From: an uncultured Bacteroidales bacterium
Lineage (GTDB): Bacteria; Bacteroidota; Bacteroidia; Bacteroidales; UBA10428
Length of the DNA stretch: 64,000 nt
Direction of reading: 5' to 3'
Assembly: GCA_963790105.1 (NCBI GenBank)
Contig: CAWBNI010000025.1
Coordinates: 76,638 to 140,637, forward strand
The position numbers and the translations under genes were made by a program. Below the pieces are notes generated by a model, which saw only the letters and a program-made list of their open reading frames with translations, was not told the DNA's origin and made no database searches. The first letter of the stretch is position 1; each line of letters starts with the position of its first letter. Below are positions 10,014-18,557 of the stretch, piece after piece.

Positions 10014-10653
10014 TACCTGCTTCATAGCGGAAATACATCATTAATCCATAAAATATATGCATTACGCCAAATCCGAAAGCCCAAAAAAGCAATCCATATC
10101 CGGGAAGCCACGACGCCATCAAACCCAGAATGATCTCGAAAATTCCAAGCACCCTGACTTCATGAAAAGTATATTTACTGGCATTGAGCAATGCGAGTCC
10201 ATAAAACAACAAGGTTGCCGGGGCCAGTAAAAAAACCAGGTGATGGGATAATAAAATTAAACAGAAAATGCCACCGCTTGTCAGCGGGATTAGCAGGTTT
10301 ATTACCATTCTTTGCGCAGTATTGTCCCATACTTTCAGACCCTTGTTGCGGGCTTTCCGCGTTGTGAAAAAAATACCTGAAGCCAGGGCTAGAATCAGAA
10401 TAGCCGATGCGTCCAGGATAATCAGACGCCAGGAATGGTTAAATCTTAAATAGGACATGCCATTAAAATAGCTATTCATATCGAAATAGCGCTGATCAAA
10501 ACCCAGGAAAAAAAAAGCTATTCCTGAACCAATCAGGGCAATAATTCCTGCTGCGACACCTGATAATCCACTGAGGGAAATAAAGCGGGAAGAGCGTTCC
10601 ATCATGCTCCGGATCTCGCTAAGCTGTTCAATCGGTTTCTGGGATATTTCCAT
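10000..10653 (-). CDS. Hypothetical multi-pass membrane protein
   Basis: Intact 217 aa with 5-6 hydrophobic helices. It is the first gene of an apparent trio with the wHTH regulator and creD. Confidence 0.5.
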   Translation of the reverse strand: MEISQKPIEQLSEIRSMMERSSRFISLSGLSGVAAGIIALIGSGIAFFFLGFDQRYFDMNSYFNGMSYLRFNHSWRLIILDASAILILALASGIFFTTRKARNKGLKVWDNTAQRMVINLLIPLTSGGIFCLILLSHHLVFLLAPATLLFYGLALLNASKYTFHEVRVLGIFEIILGLMASWLPGYGLLFWAFGFGVMHIFYGLMMYFRYEAGTSEK

Positions 10654-10662
10654 TATAAAAGT

Positions 10663-10679
10663 ACTTTGAGATACAAAGT
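10663..10679. promoter_or_regulatory. Second copy of palindrome ACTTTG-N5-CAAAGT
   Basis: ACTTTGAGATACAAAGT lies 9 nt from the ATG at 10653, with the same TAAAAGT prefix as the creD site. Confidence 0.4.
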
Positions 10680-10795
10680 AATAACTTTATGATTTCATTG
10701 CCAAATTTTTTCTGTTAAAATTTTATAAACAAAATACACTGTGGTATCATCTGACTAATTTAATTTTACATTCGTATTCCCAAAAAACCGATAAT

Positions 10796-11218
10796 ATGAT
10801 GAAAAGCCATCCATTCAGGATCCTTCTATTTTTTCTTGTGATTTTATGCCCATCATTTGTATATGGTCAGGATAAAAAGGCCGTAAAGCATAAACTGAAA
10901 AGCATCACGGAATATGAGCAGAAGTATGAGAAGGGCGTTGCCGGAAAAGCATTAAAGGAATCCGAGATCCTGTATGACACTGATGGCAATGTTGTTGAAG
11001 AAACGGAATACAAGCTGGGAAAGATAAGCAAGCACGTGATGTACCAGTACGATGATAACAACAACAAGATCCGAGAGACCGAGCTTGACCCATCCGGCAA
11101 AAAGATAAAAGTTACGGAATTCAAATATACTGCTGATGGTTTGAAGTCGGAGAAGACCGTTTACGACGCAAACAATAAGATCATATCAAAGAAGACGTAT
11201 AAGTACGAAACTTATTAG
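10796..11218 (+). CDS. Hypothetical secreted protein with short Y/D/G-rich beta-hairpin repeats
   Basis: Intact 140 aa with a signal peptide. Repeats of the type EYKLGKISKHVMYQYDDNNNKIRETE and FKYTADGLKSEKTVYDANNKI. Confidence 0.4.
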   Translation: MMKSHPFRILLFFLVILCPSFVYGQDKKAVKHKLKSITEYEQKYEKGVAGKALKESEILYDTDGNVVEETEYKLGKISKHVMYQYDDNNNKIRETELDPSGKKIKVTEFKYTADGLKSEKTVYDANNKIISKKTYKYETY

Positions 11219-11227
11219 GCGTATAGA

Positions 11228-11267
11228 CATCTAGGCATCTAGGCATCTAGGCTGCTGGGCTGTGAGG
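11228..11267. repeat. CATCTAGG x3 plus GCTG(G/T)G words
   Basis: ATCTAGGC is the reverse complement of the GCCTAGAT word at 1469-1500. The array sits between convergent genes. Confidence 0.95.
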
Positions 11268-11292
11268 TTTCCCTGGACCACAGGATCCATTT

Positions 11293-11727
11293 TTATGGGA
11301 CCTTATTCAATGCACAGCGGTGAGATTTTTCATCATATTGAAAAACGAGCTGGTCCCCCTTAAATAGCATAAAACTTACGATTTTAAGATTTGGACTATA
11401 ACTCGAGGTGTTGTATTTGTAGAGCGTCATATCATCCTGAATTTTAACCAGCTCCATAAATACCATCTGACCTGTAGCTTTTCCATCCATATATAACGGT
11501 AATCTTTTAAACACCTTACCATTTAATGAATAGGATTTAATCTGATCAATCGGGATAATTAATTTTTTGCCATTTTCAAGTAACAGTGCGGTCTTTGTTT
11601 CCCGAAAGCTAATCTTTTTTGCTTCTATCTTTCCTTCATTTGAAATCACCCATGAGCCAGTCGGATTATCTGCAAATCCCATAAAACAATAACACATGGC
11701 CAACATAAGAGTAAATATTTTTTTCAT
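11293..11727 (-). CDS. Small secreted protein, paralog family member P1
   Basis: Start taken at MKKIFTLML (11727), preceded by GGAAGGA. Shares GSWVISNEGK..ISF..LENGKKLIIPIDQIKSYSLNGKVFKRLPLY..FMEL with P2-P4. Confidence 0.6.
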   Translation of the reverse strand: MKKIFTLMLAMCYCFMGFADNPTGSWVISNEGKIEAKKISFRETKTALLLENGKKLIIPIDQIKSYSLNGKVFKRLPLYMDGKATGQMVFMELVKIQDDMTLYKYNTSSYSPNLKIVSFMLFKGDQLVFQYDEKSHRCALNKVP

Positions 11728-11832
11728 ATTGTATCCTTCCTGCTTTAATTGTTTAAATGGAAATCCTGGAAAGCATTTAAACATTTAAGAGAAGCAAAAG
11801 TTATGGAAGAATGAGAGTCATTTAAGTTAAAG

Positions 11833-11864
11833 AGGGCTGTCGATTATCTTAATCAGACAGCCCT
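11833..11864 (-). terminator. Terminator-like hairpin downstream of P2
   Basis: 9-bp stem AGGGCTGTC/GACAGCCCT with a 14-nt loop. The downstream T-run is weak. Confidence 0.4.
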
Positions 11865-11922
11865 TTCATCCTTAACTAACTTATGAAAAAACCACGATCT
11901 CTGCTCTAGGGAGAGGTTTCCA

Positions 11923-12384
11923 CTATTTGTAGCGTTGTTTGTTTTTATTATAAAGGCATGCCTCAGGCAATCCGATGCAGTTGCTGGCTATATGTAAATT
12001 TTTTCCTTTGTAAATATAATAGTCGTGCAGGCCATCCTTATCCTCAATGCTTTTGATTTTGCAGTGACCATAACGGTATAGAATACAGTCTTTTGACTTG
12101 CAGATCAGTTCCATAAATACCTCGTGACTGGTAATTTTTCCATTTTTATATAACGGAAGCTTGTGGAATTCGGAACCATTTAATGAATAGGAACTGACCA
12201 TTTCAACCGGAAAAGACATTTTTTCACCATTTTGCGTTACAATCCGCGCTCTGTGGCCACGGACACTGATCTCCTTACAGAAATATTTACCTTCTTTTGA
12301 AGCTATCCAGGAACTATTAGGTTCGCTGGCAATACTATCAATGCAGAAGAATGCAATCCAGAAAAGAACTATTATATTTTTCAT
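11923..12384 (-). CDS. Small secreted protein, paralog family member P2
   Basis: Intact 153 aa with a signal peptide. GGAGGAA lies 6 nt upstream of the ATG (12391-12397 on plus). Confidence 0.6.
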   Translation of the reverse strand: MKNIIVLFWIAFFCIDSIASEPNSSWIASKEGKYFCKEISVRGHRARIVTQNGEKMSFPVEMVSSYSLNGSEFHKLPLYKNGKITSHEVFMELICKSKDCILYRYGHCKIKSIEDKDGLHDYYIYKGKNLHIASNCIGLPEACLYNKNKQRYK

Positions 12385-12561
12385 CAGGTTTTCCTCCTAT
12401 CTTTAGTCCGGAATTCTTATGAACTGATAAAATCGGAATTTTTGAAAACCAGGATAAAGATATGAAACCAGGAGGGCGGAAATCCTATACAACAAGTTCA
12501 AAAGTTTGCAATTCTAGGTCAAATCAGGAATAAATTACTATATATTCAAAATATGAAGTTG

Positions 12562-15500
12562 TTAGGATCCATTTGTCTTTGCATATTCAACAGGAGATAC
12601 CCCAAATAACTTTTTAAACGACCGGTTGAAATAGGAAAGGTTATTAAACCCTACTTCAAGGGAAACCTGTGTCACATTGCCGAAATGCTGCTTTAGCAAA
12701 CTGGCCGCCCTTTTCAGTCGAATTGTGCGGATGAATTCAGTAGGACATTGTCCGGTCAGCGCATGTATCTTACGAAAAAGGGTGCTGCGGGTCATGTTCA
12801 TTTCTTCTCTTAATTTGTTGAGGTCGAAGTTTTCATCATCCATTAGTTTTTCAATAACCTCCATTGCCTTGTTCAGGAATTTCTCATCCATCGAAGTAAT
12901 TGAAATATCACTGGGTTGAAGGGTAACCTCCTGACGGAACCTCTCCCTGAGTTTTCTGCGTTGTTCAATCAGGTTGGATATCCTGGCTTTTAACTCAGTC
13001 ATATGAAAGGGTTTGGGTATATAATCATCGGCTCCCACAAGAAAACCGTTTATCTTTTCCTCCAGGGTAACTTTGGCGGTGAGCATGATGATGGGTATAT
13101 GACAGGTACGTTCATCATTCTTCAGTCTTTCACAAAGTTCTTTACCATCCATGTGCGGCATCATCAGATCGGTGATGATCAGATCGGGGATCGACTCAAT
13201 GGCTTTATTCAACCCGGCAACACCGTCAATGGCCTGCAGAATGGTATATTGCCTGAATAAATTTTCGGCCAGTTGCATCCGGATTTCCCGATTGTCATCT
13301 ACTATAAGTAAAATAGGTTTCTTTTCCGGGGATTTTTCTTCCTCTGGTTGGTTAGCCTCTTTACTGTGAGATTGCAGATCCGGTCTTAGATCAATGCATT
13401 CCGGTGATTCTTTCAGCAATATAAATTCTGATTCTTTCAGGTGATTTTTACCGAGGGGAAGAATAACTGTAAAGGAACTGCCTTTTCCGGGTGTACTTTC
13501 TACCAGGATATCCCCATGAAGTAATTTTACTATATCTCTGGTCAGTGAAAGCCCAATGCCGGTGCCTCCACTTTCCGATTTCAATGATGTCTCTACCTGG
13601 TAAAAACGGTCAAAGATCTTTTCAAGACTTTCGGCCGGAATTCCCGGTCCCGTATCTTTGACTGAGAATTCCAGAAACTGCTCAACCAGGCTATCATCGC
13701 TTTTTTTACAAATTGCGGTAAAAATGATTTCACCTCCCTGAGGTGTAAATTTAAAAGCATTTGAAAGCAGGTTACCGGTAATCTTTTCCAGTTTATCCGG
13801 ATCAAACCAGTATTTCGTTTCATACTTCTGGAAATGACACACATAGTTAATGCTTTTAGTTTCTGCCAGGGAAATAAAAATGCCTGTAATTGCCTGCAAG
13901 TGATTTATTACATTCGCTTCGATCAGTTCCAGCTTCATTTTGCTGCCATCCAGCTTGGATATATCAAGCAATTGATTGACCAGGTTTATCAGTCGCCGGA
14001 CATTTCGCTGAACCGTATTCAGTTTTCTCCGCTCTTTTTCAGTACGCCGCGGATCATCCAATAGTTCTTCAACCGGGCTCTGGATTAATGAAAGTGGTGT
14101 TCTGAATTCATGTGATACATTGGCGAAAAACCGGCTTTTTAATTCTTCATGTTCGGAAATCTGCCGATTTTGCTCTTCAAGCATGTCTCTTTGAGAAAGT
14201 ATCTCTTCTTTCTGTTCCCCAATTTGGCGGGTACGTAAATTAACCTGCCGTTCCAATTCCAGTTTTTCTTTTTTCAATCGCCAGAGCCGCAGACGGATAT
14301 ATGCAAAGACGAAGCCTAAAACTATCAGCACATACATGCTCTGGGCGAGGAATGTCGCCCACCAGGGTTTATGAATCTGGATGGTGAGTGAGATACCCTC
14401 TTCGTTCCATACGTCATGATTGTTTGAACCTTTAACCCTGAAAACATAAGTTCGCGGATCGAGATTCGTATAGGTTGCTATCCGGCTTTTAGCATCGGTA
14501 AATATCCATTCTTTATCATATCCTTCCAGTTTGTATGCATATTTGTTTTTATAAGGCTGATTATAATCCAAAGCGGCTAATTCAAAAGACAGATCATTTT
14601 GATTATGTTTCAGATTAATAGACTTTGTGTAGGCAATATTCCTGGTTAAAATATCATTTTTAGAGGTATTGGCCTTTACTGATTTGTTGAAGAGTCGCAG
14701 ATCACTAATAATAATGGGAGGTACATAATCATTTGTTTTGAAACTATCCGGATAAAAACTATAAAATCCTCCATAACCGCCAAAAAAAATCCTGCCTTCT
14801 TTGTCTTTGAATACGGAGTTTCTGCTGTAATATATAAGAGGAACTCCATCATCTTCTTCAAAGACTTTTAGTTTTCCTGTTTTCATGTTTAAGCGGCACA
14901 GTTTTTTATAGGTTCCTAGCCATAGATTATTTTTATTATCGGAAGTAATTGACATCACAGATTGAAAATCAGTATTTTCGAACAATTTGTAACTTTGATT
15001 TTCACCTGTATTTGGATCCAGTCGATGAACTCCTGTTTCATTTCCTATCCATAAAAATCCATTATTGTCTTCATAAAAAATATAATTTGTTGAAACGCCA
15101 ATTTCGGCATCAATAAATTTATTTTTATTTATTACGGGTGTCAGGTCCAGGATATCAAGTTTGGTATTGAGTTCAATTTTACGGATTCCATAAAAATTGC
15201 CAACTGCCCATATTTCACCATTCTTCTTTTTGATCAGGGAACCAACCATGGTGGCGGAACTAAATGACGTTTTATAAATCTTTTGATTTTCATAGTTGTA
15301 TGCAAATAAACCTATCGTGGTTGCTATATATAATAGTTTTCCATCATCCAGCAAATCCAGTGTCTCTACCTTCCGTAAATTGTCAGCTATTCCTGTGTGG
15401 GGTAAAGGATCACGAAATTCTCCTGTTTTGAGATTGAATTCAAGTATCCCTTTATCACTGCCAATCCATAATAATCCATTAGCAGAAGCGGGTATGAAAC

Positions 15501-16785
15501 AGGTAATTTTTTTAGTTGCCCCGGGATCATACTGGGTAACCTCATTAGATTCCGGTTTAATTTTGTATAATGCTTTATAATTGATTAGGATCCATAAGTT
15601 TTTCAGACTGTCTTCATAAATTTTACATATTCTAATACTATCGAGATTTTGGATGGTTAGTTTTTCATAGCTCGTAAATACCAGGCGGTTCATTTTAAAT
15701 TTGGATACTCCTGAAGAAACCTGTGCAATCCAGATTATTCCAGACTTGTCCTCAATTATATCATTTACCCTGAAGCGCAGTTCCTTATCGTTTGGATAGG
15801 TTGTGTTATAGCCTATTAATTCAAAGGAAATTTCTTTTGATTTATTGGCTTTGTTGATTAAGTAGACTTTTTTATCCACCATAACAAGAAAATTCTTATT
15901 TCCGTCAACGGACAAGATATTAATACTCTCTCCGCCTGTTAACTTTAAGGAAAAATCAAGCAACGAAACATCAGGGTCATTACCTTGAAGTGCCATTTTG
16001 ATATTGGTAAGCAGGTAAAGGCCTTTTGAATCCAAAATCCATGCAGAATTTTCATCAATCGGCAGTATTTTTCTCACAAATTGAATTTCCTGCCGCATTC
16101 CGCCGGAGGTCGTTCTATCCAGTCGTATGTAGGTATTTTGCCCCTTTTTCATTAGAAAGAGACCCTCTGCACAGCCCACCCATATATTTCCCTGCTCATC
16201 TTTGTTAAGAGAAAACACAGGATTATTAGCGCCCTGTTTTTGATATGGAGGTGGAAAAGATTCAATTTTAAAACTGTTATTTGCGCCCTGTTTAAATATC
16301 TCATCTTTTGTAATTGAGGTTTTCAGTTTTTCACTATACGATATTTTAAAAAGCGCTGCTAAATCAGCCGCCCATATATTGCCTTGATTATCTGAAAGCA
16401 TAGTTGACATCCAAAGGACTCCCTCATCGTGCTGATAGACCAGCATTGACCTTTCTTCTTCCGGATCATAAAGTCTTATTCCTGAATCTGTCAGCAACCA
16501 AAGTAAACCCAGGGTGTCCTCAACAATTTTCTGGATTTTACCAAATGAGCAATTTTCACAACCTCGGTTATCACTTATAGAAGTTACCTCATAGCCATTA
16601 TGTCTGTACAGGCCGGTCGGACCTCCCATCCAGATAAATCCTTTGGAATCCTGCATAATACAAGTAAATTCATGATCAGCAAGCCCCGGTTCGTCGGGAA
16701 GCTGCTCAAAATTTACTTTGGAATTCTGACAGAAAAGGCTGGGAACTGATGCTATAATTAAAAATATTAGCAAGACCTTTTTCAT
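12562..16785 (-). CDS. Hybrid two-component system sensor kinase/response regulator with AraC output (HTCS type)
   Basis: Intact 1407 aa. Signal peptide, periplasmic propeller-type repeats, a TM helix, the H-box FANVSHEFRTPLSLI, an HATPase domain (GGTGIGLSL), a receiver domain (LLIVDDN..DLIITDLMMPHMDG) and a C-terminal AraC HTH. Confidence 0.9.
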   Translation of the reverse strand: MKKVLLIFLIIASVPSLFCQNSKVNFEQLPDEPGLADHEFTCIMQDSKGFIWMGGPTGLYRHNGYEVTSISDNRGCENCSFGKIQKIVEDTLGLLWLLTDSGIRLYDPEEERSMLVYQHDEGVLWMSTMLSDNQGNIWAADLAALFKISYSEKLKTSITKDEIFKQGANNSFKIESFPPPYQKQGANNPVFSLNKDEQGNIWVGCAEGLFLMKKGQNTYIRLDRTTSGGMRQEIQFVRKILPIDENSAWILDSKGLYLLTNIKMALQGNDPDVSLLDFSLKLTGGESINILSVDGNKNFLVMVDKKVYLINKANKSKEISFELIGYNTTYPNDKELRFRVNDIIEDKSGIIWIAQVSSGVSKFKMNRLVFTSYEKLTIQNLDSIRICKIYEDSLKNLWILINYKALYKIKPESNEVTQYDPGATKKITCFIPASANGLLWIGSDKGILEFNLKTGEFRDPLPHTGIADNLRKVETLDLLDDGKLLYIATTIGLFAYNYENQKIYKTSFSSATMVGSLIKKKNGEIWAVGNFYGIRKIELNTKLDILDLTPVINKNKFIDAEIGVSTNYIFYEDNNGFLWIGNETGVHRLDPNTGENQSYKLFENTDFQSVMSITSDNKNNLWLGTYKKLCRLNMKTGKLKVFEEDDGVPLIYYSRNSVFKDKEGRIFFGGYGGFYSFYPDSFKTNDYVPPIIISDLRLFNKSVKANTSKNDILTRNIAYTKSINLKHNQNDLSFELAALDYNQPYKNKYAYKLEGYDKEWIFTDAKSRIATYTNLDPRTYVFRVKGSNNHDVWNEEGISLTIQIHKPWWATFLAQSMYVLIVLGFVFAYIRLRLWRLKKEKLELERQVNLRTRQIGEQKEEILSQRDMLEEQNRQISEHEELKSRFFANVSHEFRTPLSLIQSPVEELLDDPRRTEKERRKLNTVQRNVRRLINLVNQLLDISKLDGSKMKLELIEANVINHLQAITGIFISLAETKSINYVCHFQKYETKYWFDPDKLEKITGNLLSNAFKFTPQGGEIIFTAICKKSDDSLVEQFLEFSVKDTGPGIPAESLEKIFDRFYQVETSLKSESGGTGIGLSLTRDIVKLLHGDILVESTPGKGSSFTVILPLGKNHLKESEFILLKESPECIDLRPDLQSHSKEANQPEEEKSPEKKPILLIVDDNREIRMQLAENLFRQYTILQAIDGVAGLNKAIESIPDLIITDLMMPHMDGKELCERLKNDERTCHIPIIMLTAKVTLEEKINGFLVGADDYIPKPFHMTELKARISNLIEQRRKLRERFRQEVTLQPSDISITSMDEKFLNKAMEVIEKLMDDENFDLNKLREEMNMTRSTLFRKIHALTGQCPTEFIRTIRLKRAASLLKQHFGNVTQVSLEVGFNNLSYFNRSFKKLFGVSPVEYAKTNGS

Positions 16786-16939
16786 AGCAGATGGGTTTGG
16801 CCAAAGAGCTCGTAGAAATTATAAGGTAAGTTACAAAAGTCCTGATTCAAAGTCAAGTAACAGATTAATTAACTAAATATACATTATTTGAGATGGGATT
16901 CTCTAATCCCCGGAGCCCAAAATCTTGACATAATGATTC

Positions 16940-16967
16940 AAAAAAAAATCCTGCTGTTCAGGCAGGA
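16940..16967 (-). terminator. Rho-independent terminator after P3
   Basis: Stem TCCTGC/GCAGGA with a 7-nt loop, followed on the minus strand by T9 (A-run 16940-16948). Confidence 0.7.
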
Positions 16968-16991
16968 CTTTTAGAAGTTTCGGATGCTTCA

Positions 16992-17453
16992 TTATTCATA
17001 GTTCAGTTGAAGGCCAAAATACTTAAAGACATTTTCAATGGTTTTATCTGTTAGTGCCAAATGAAGCTTGTCGCCATCATAGATAGCGAAGTTGGCAACC
17101 GTATCATGAGGTTTAACTGATTCAAAATTGAAGGTTTCATACCGGTAAAGACTCAACTCACCCTTCTTTTGAAGCAGCTCCATGAAAGCCATATCACCCG
17201 TTGGTTTACCGTACTTGTACAACGGCATTTTATTAAATATTTTTCCCTCTACGGAATAAGAATTCAGCTTTTCAATAGGTAACTTCATTACCTTACCATT
17301 TTCCAGCACTGCCCGGACATTGGATATACCAAAGCTGATACTTTTTATGTTCATTTTACCAGACGTTGTTGATATCCAGGAACTGGTGGGTTCAGCTGCA
17401 ATTCCCGCGAGGCAATAACCGGCAGCTACTAAAAGAACAAACAATTTTTTCAT
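16992..17453 (-). CDS. Small secreted protein, paralog family member P3
   Basis: Intact 153 aa with a signal peptide. GGAGGAA lies 6 nt upstream of the ATG (17460-17466 on plus). Confidence 0.6.
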   Translation of the reverse strand: MKKLFVLLVAAGYCLAGIAAEPTSSWISTTSGKMNIKSISFGISNVRAVLENGKVMKLPIEKLNSYSVEGKIFNKMPLYKYGKPTGDMAFMELLQKKGELSLYRYETFNFESVKPHDTVANFAIYDGDKLHLALTDKTIENVFKYFGLQLNYE

Positions 17454-17527
17454 TTTTAATTCCTCCGATAGTTTAGTTTAAAATTTTTACTTTTTTAAGC
17501 CCGAAAGCTGAAGTAAAAATAAGTAAG

Positions 17528-17573
17528 GAGGAGGGGTGAAATCAAACACAATTGACTCATTGGTTTGAAGAAT
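17528..17573. promoter_or_regulatory. 46-nt element conserved upstream of P3 and P4
   Basis: GAGGAGGGGTGAAATCAAACACAATTGACTCATTGGTTTGAAGAAT is identical at 18327-18372. A degenerate copy lies upstream of P2 (about 12465-12530). Confidence 0.5.
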
Positions 17574-17586
17574 TGGATCAAAAAGT

Positions 17587-17640
17587 GATTTAACGATTTT
17601 TGGATTTACGATTTACGATTCTTCGTGGGTTGCACCCACG
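17587..17640. repeat. GATTTAC-type words followed by a hairpin
   Basis: GATTTAACGATTTTTGGATTTACGATTTACGATTCTTCG (ATTTACG is the reverse complement of CGTAAAT). Then a 7-bp stem CGTGGGT-TGC-ACCCACG (17624-17640). Confidence 0.9.
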
Positions 17641-17739
17641 AGTATTGAAATCAGGCACTTTGACGAGTTGATTTCCAAACCTGGTAGCCCAAAAGTTTAA
17701 CGTGTTTGCCCAGTTCTGGTCAGAATTAAATATTATCCC

Positions 17740-17767
17740 AAAAAAAAATCCTGCTTTTGGGCAGGAT
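17740..17767 (-). terminator. Rho-independent terminator after P4
   Basis: Stem ATCCTGC/GCAGGAT, followed on the minus strand by T9 (A-run 17740-17748). Confidence 0.7.
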
Positions 17768-17788
17768 CTTTCTTTAGCCTTCTAATAA

Positions 17789-18254
17789 TTACTCATATAC
17801 AATCTTCACATCAAAATACTTGCTGATATTTGCCATCGATTTTTCGTCCACTGCCAAATAAAAGTTGTCTCCCTTATAAACCAATAAGTTATAAGTTTCT
17901 TTCAGTGGGGTAGTAAATGGCTCGTAAATATAATCAGTACACCTATAAAGGCTTAATTCGCCTTGAGTCTTTATAAGTTCCATAAATGCCATCTGTTCAG
18001 TTGGCTTACCATTTTTATACAAGGTGAGTTTGTTAAACACCTTGCCATTGACTGAATATGAACTAAGCTGGTCAATGGGTAACTTAAGTTTCTTGCCATT
18101 TTCAAGTAAAATCCTGGCATTGGAAAGACCAAAGCTGATCCTTTTCATTTCCATTTTGCCTGATTTGGACATTATCCAGGAACTGGCAGGTTCAGCTGGC
18201 AATCCCCGCGACACAATATCCAGCGACAATCAAAAGAACAAATAACTTTCTCAT
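17789..18254 (-). pseudogene. Small secreted protein, paralog family member P4, frameshift in the signal peptide
   Basis: ATG at 18254 gives MRKLFVLLIVAGYCVAGIAS*. One extra A near 18190 separates this from AEPASSWIMSKSGK.. (ORF 17789-18229). GGAGGAA lies 5 nt upstream of the ATG. Confidence 0.65.
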
Positions 18255-18326
18255 TGTTTTTCCTCCTATAGTTAAGTTCAGAATTTTACTTATTTAAGGT
18301 TGAAAACTGAAGTAAAGATAAGGTAA

Positions 18327-18372
18327 GAGGAGGGGTGAAATCAAACACAATTGACTCATTGGTTTGAAGAAT
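18327..18372. promoter_or_regulatory. Second copy of the 46-nt conserved upstream element
   Basis: Identical to 17528-17573. Confidence 0.5.
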
Positions 18373-18385
18373 AGGACCAAACAAT

Positions 18386-18557
18386 GATTTACGATTTCTG
18401 GATTTACGATTTACGATTCTTCGCGATTACCGATTACCGACCTCACCCACACGCTGTCGCTGAAGCTTTAGCGTAAGCGTCCGAAGCCTCAGCGAAGGCG
18501 GGATACCGAACACCGAACACCGAATACCGGTTACCGGTTACCGATTATCGATTACCG
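18386..18557. repeat. Long composite array (ATTTACG, CGATTAC, CCGAACA, CGGTTAC words)
   Basis: ATTTACG at 18387, 18402 and 18409. CGATTAC x2 (18424-18437). A quasi-repeat AGCGTAAGCGT/CAGCGAAGGCG. CCGAACA x2, CGGTTAC x2 and CGATTAT CGATTAC (18505-18557). The 3' part encodes the VIDNR* tail of 18538-19738. Confidence 0.9.

Noticed and set aside
16940-18430. The duplicated ~800-bp unit as an insertion sequence or other mobile element
   Set aside because: There is no transposase or integrase, no terminal inverted repeats and no target-site duplication. The unit is a tandem duplication of a gene with its own promoter region and terminator.
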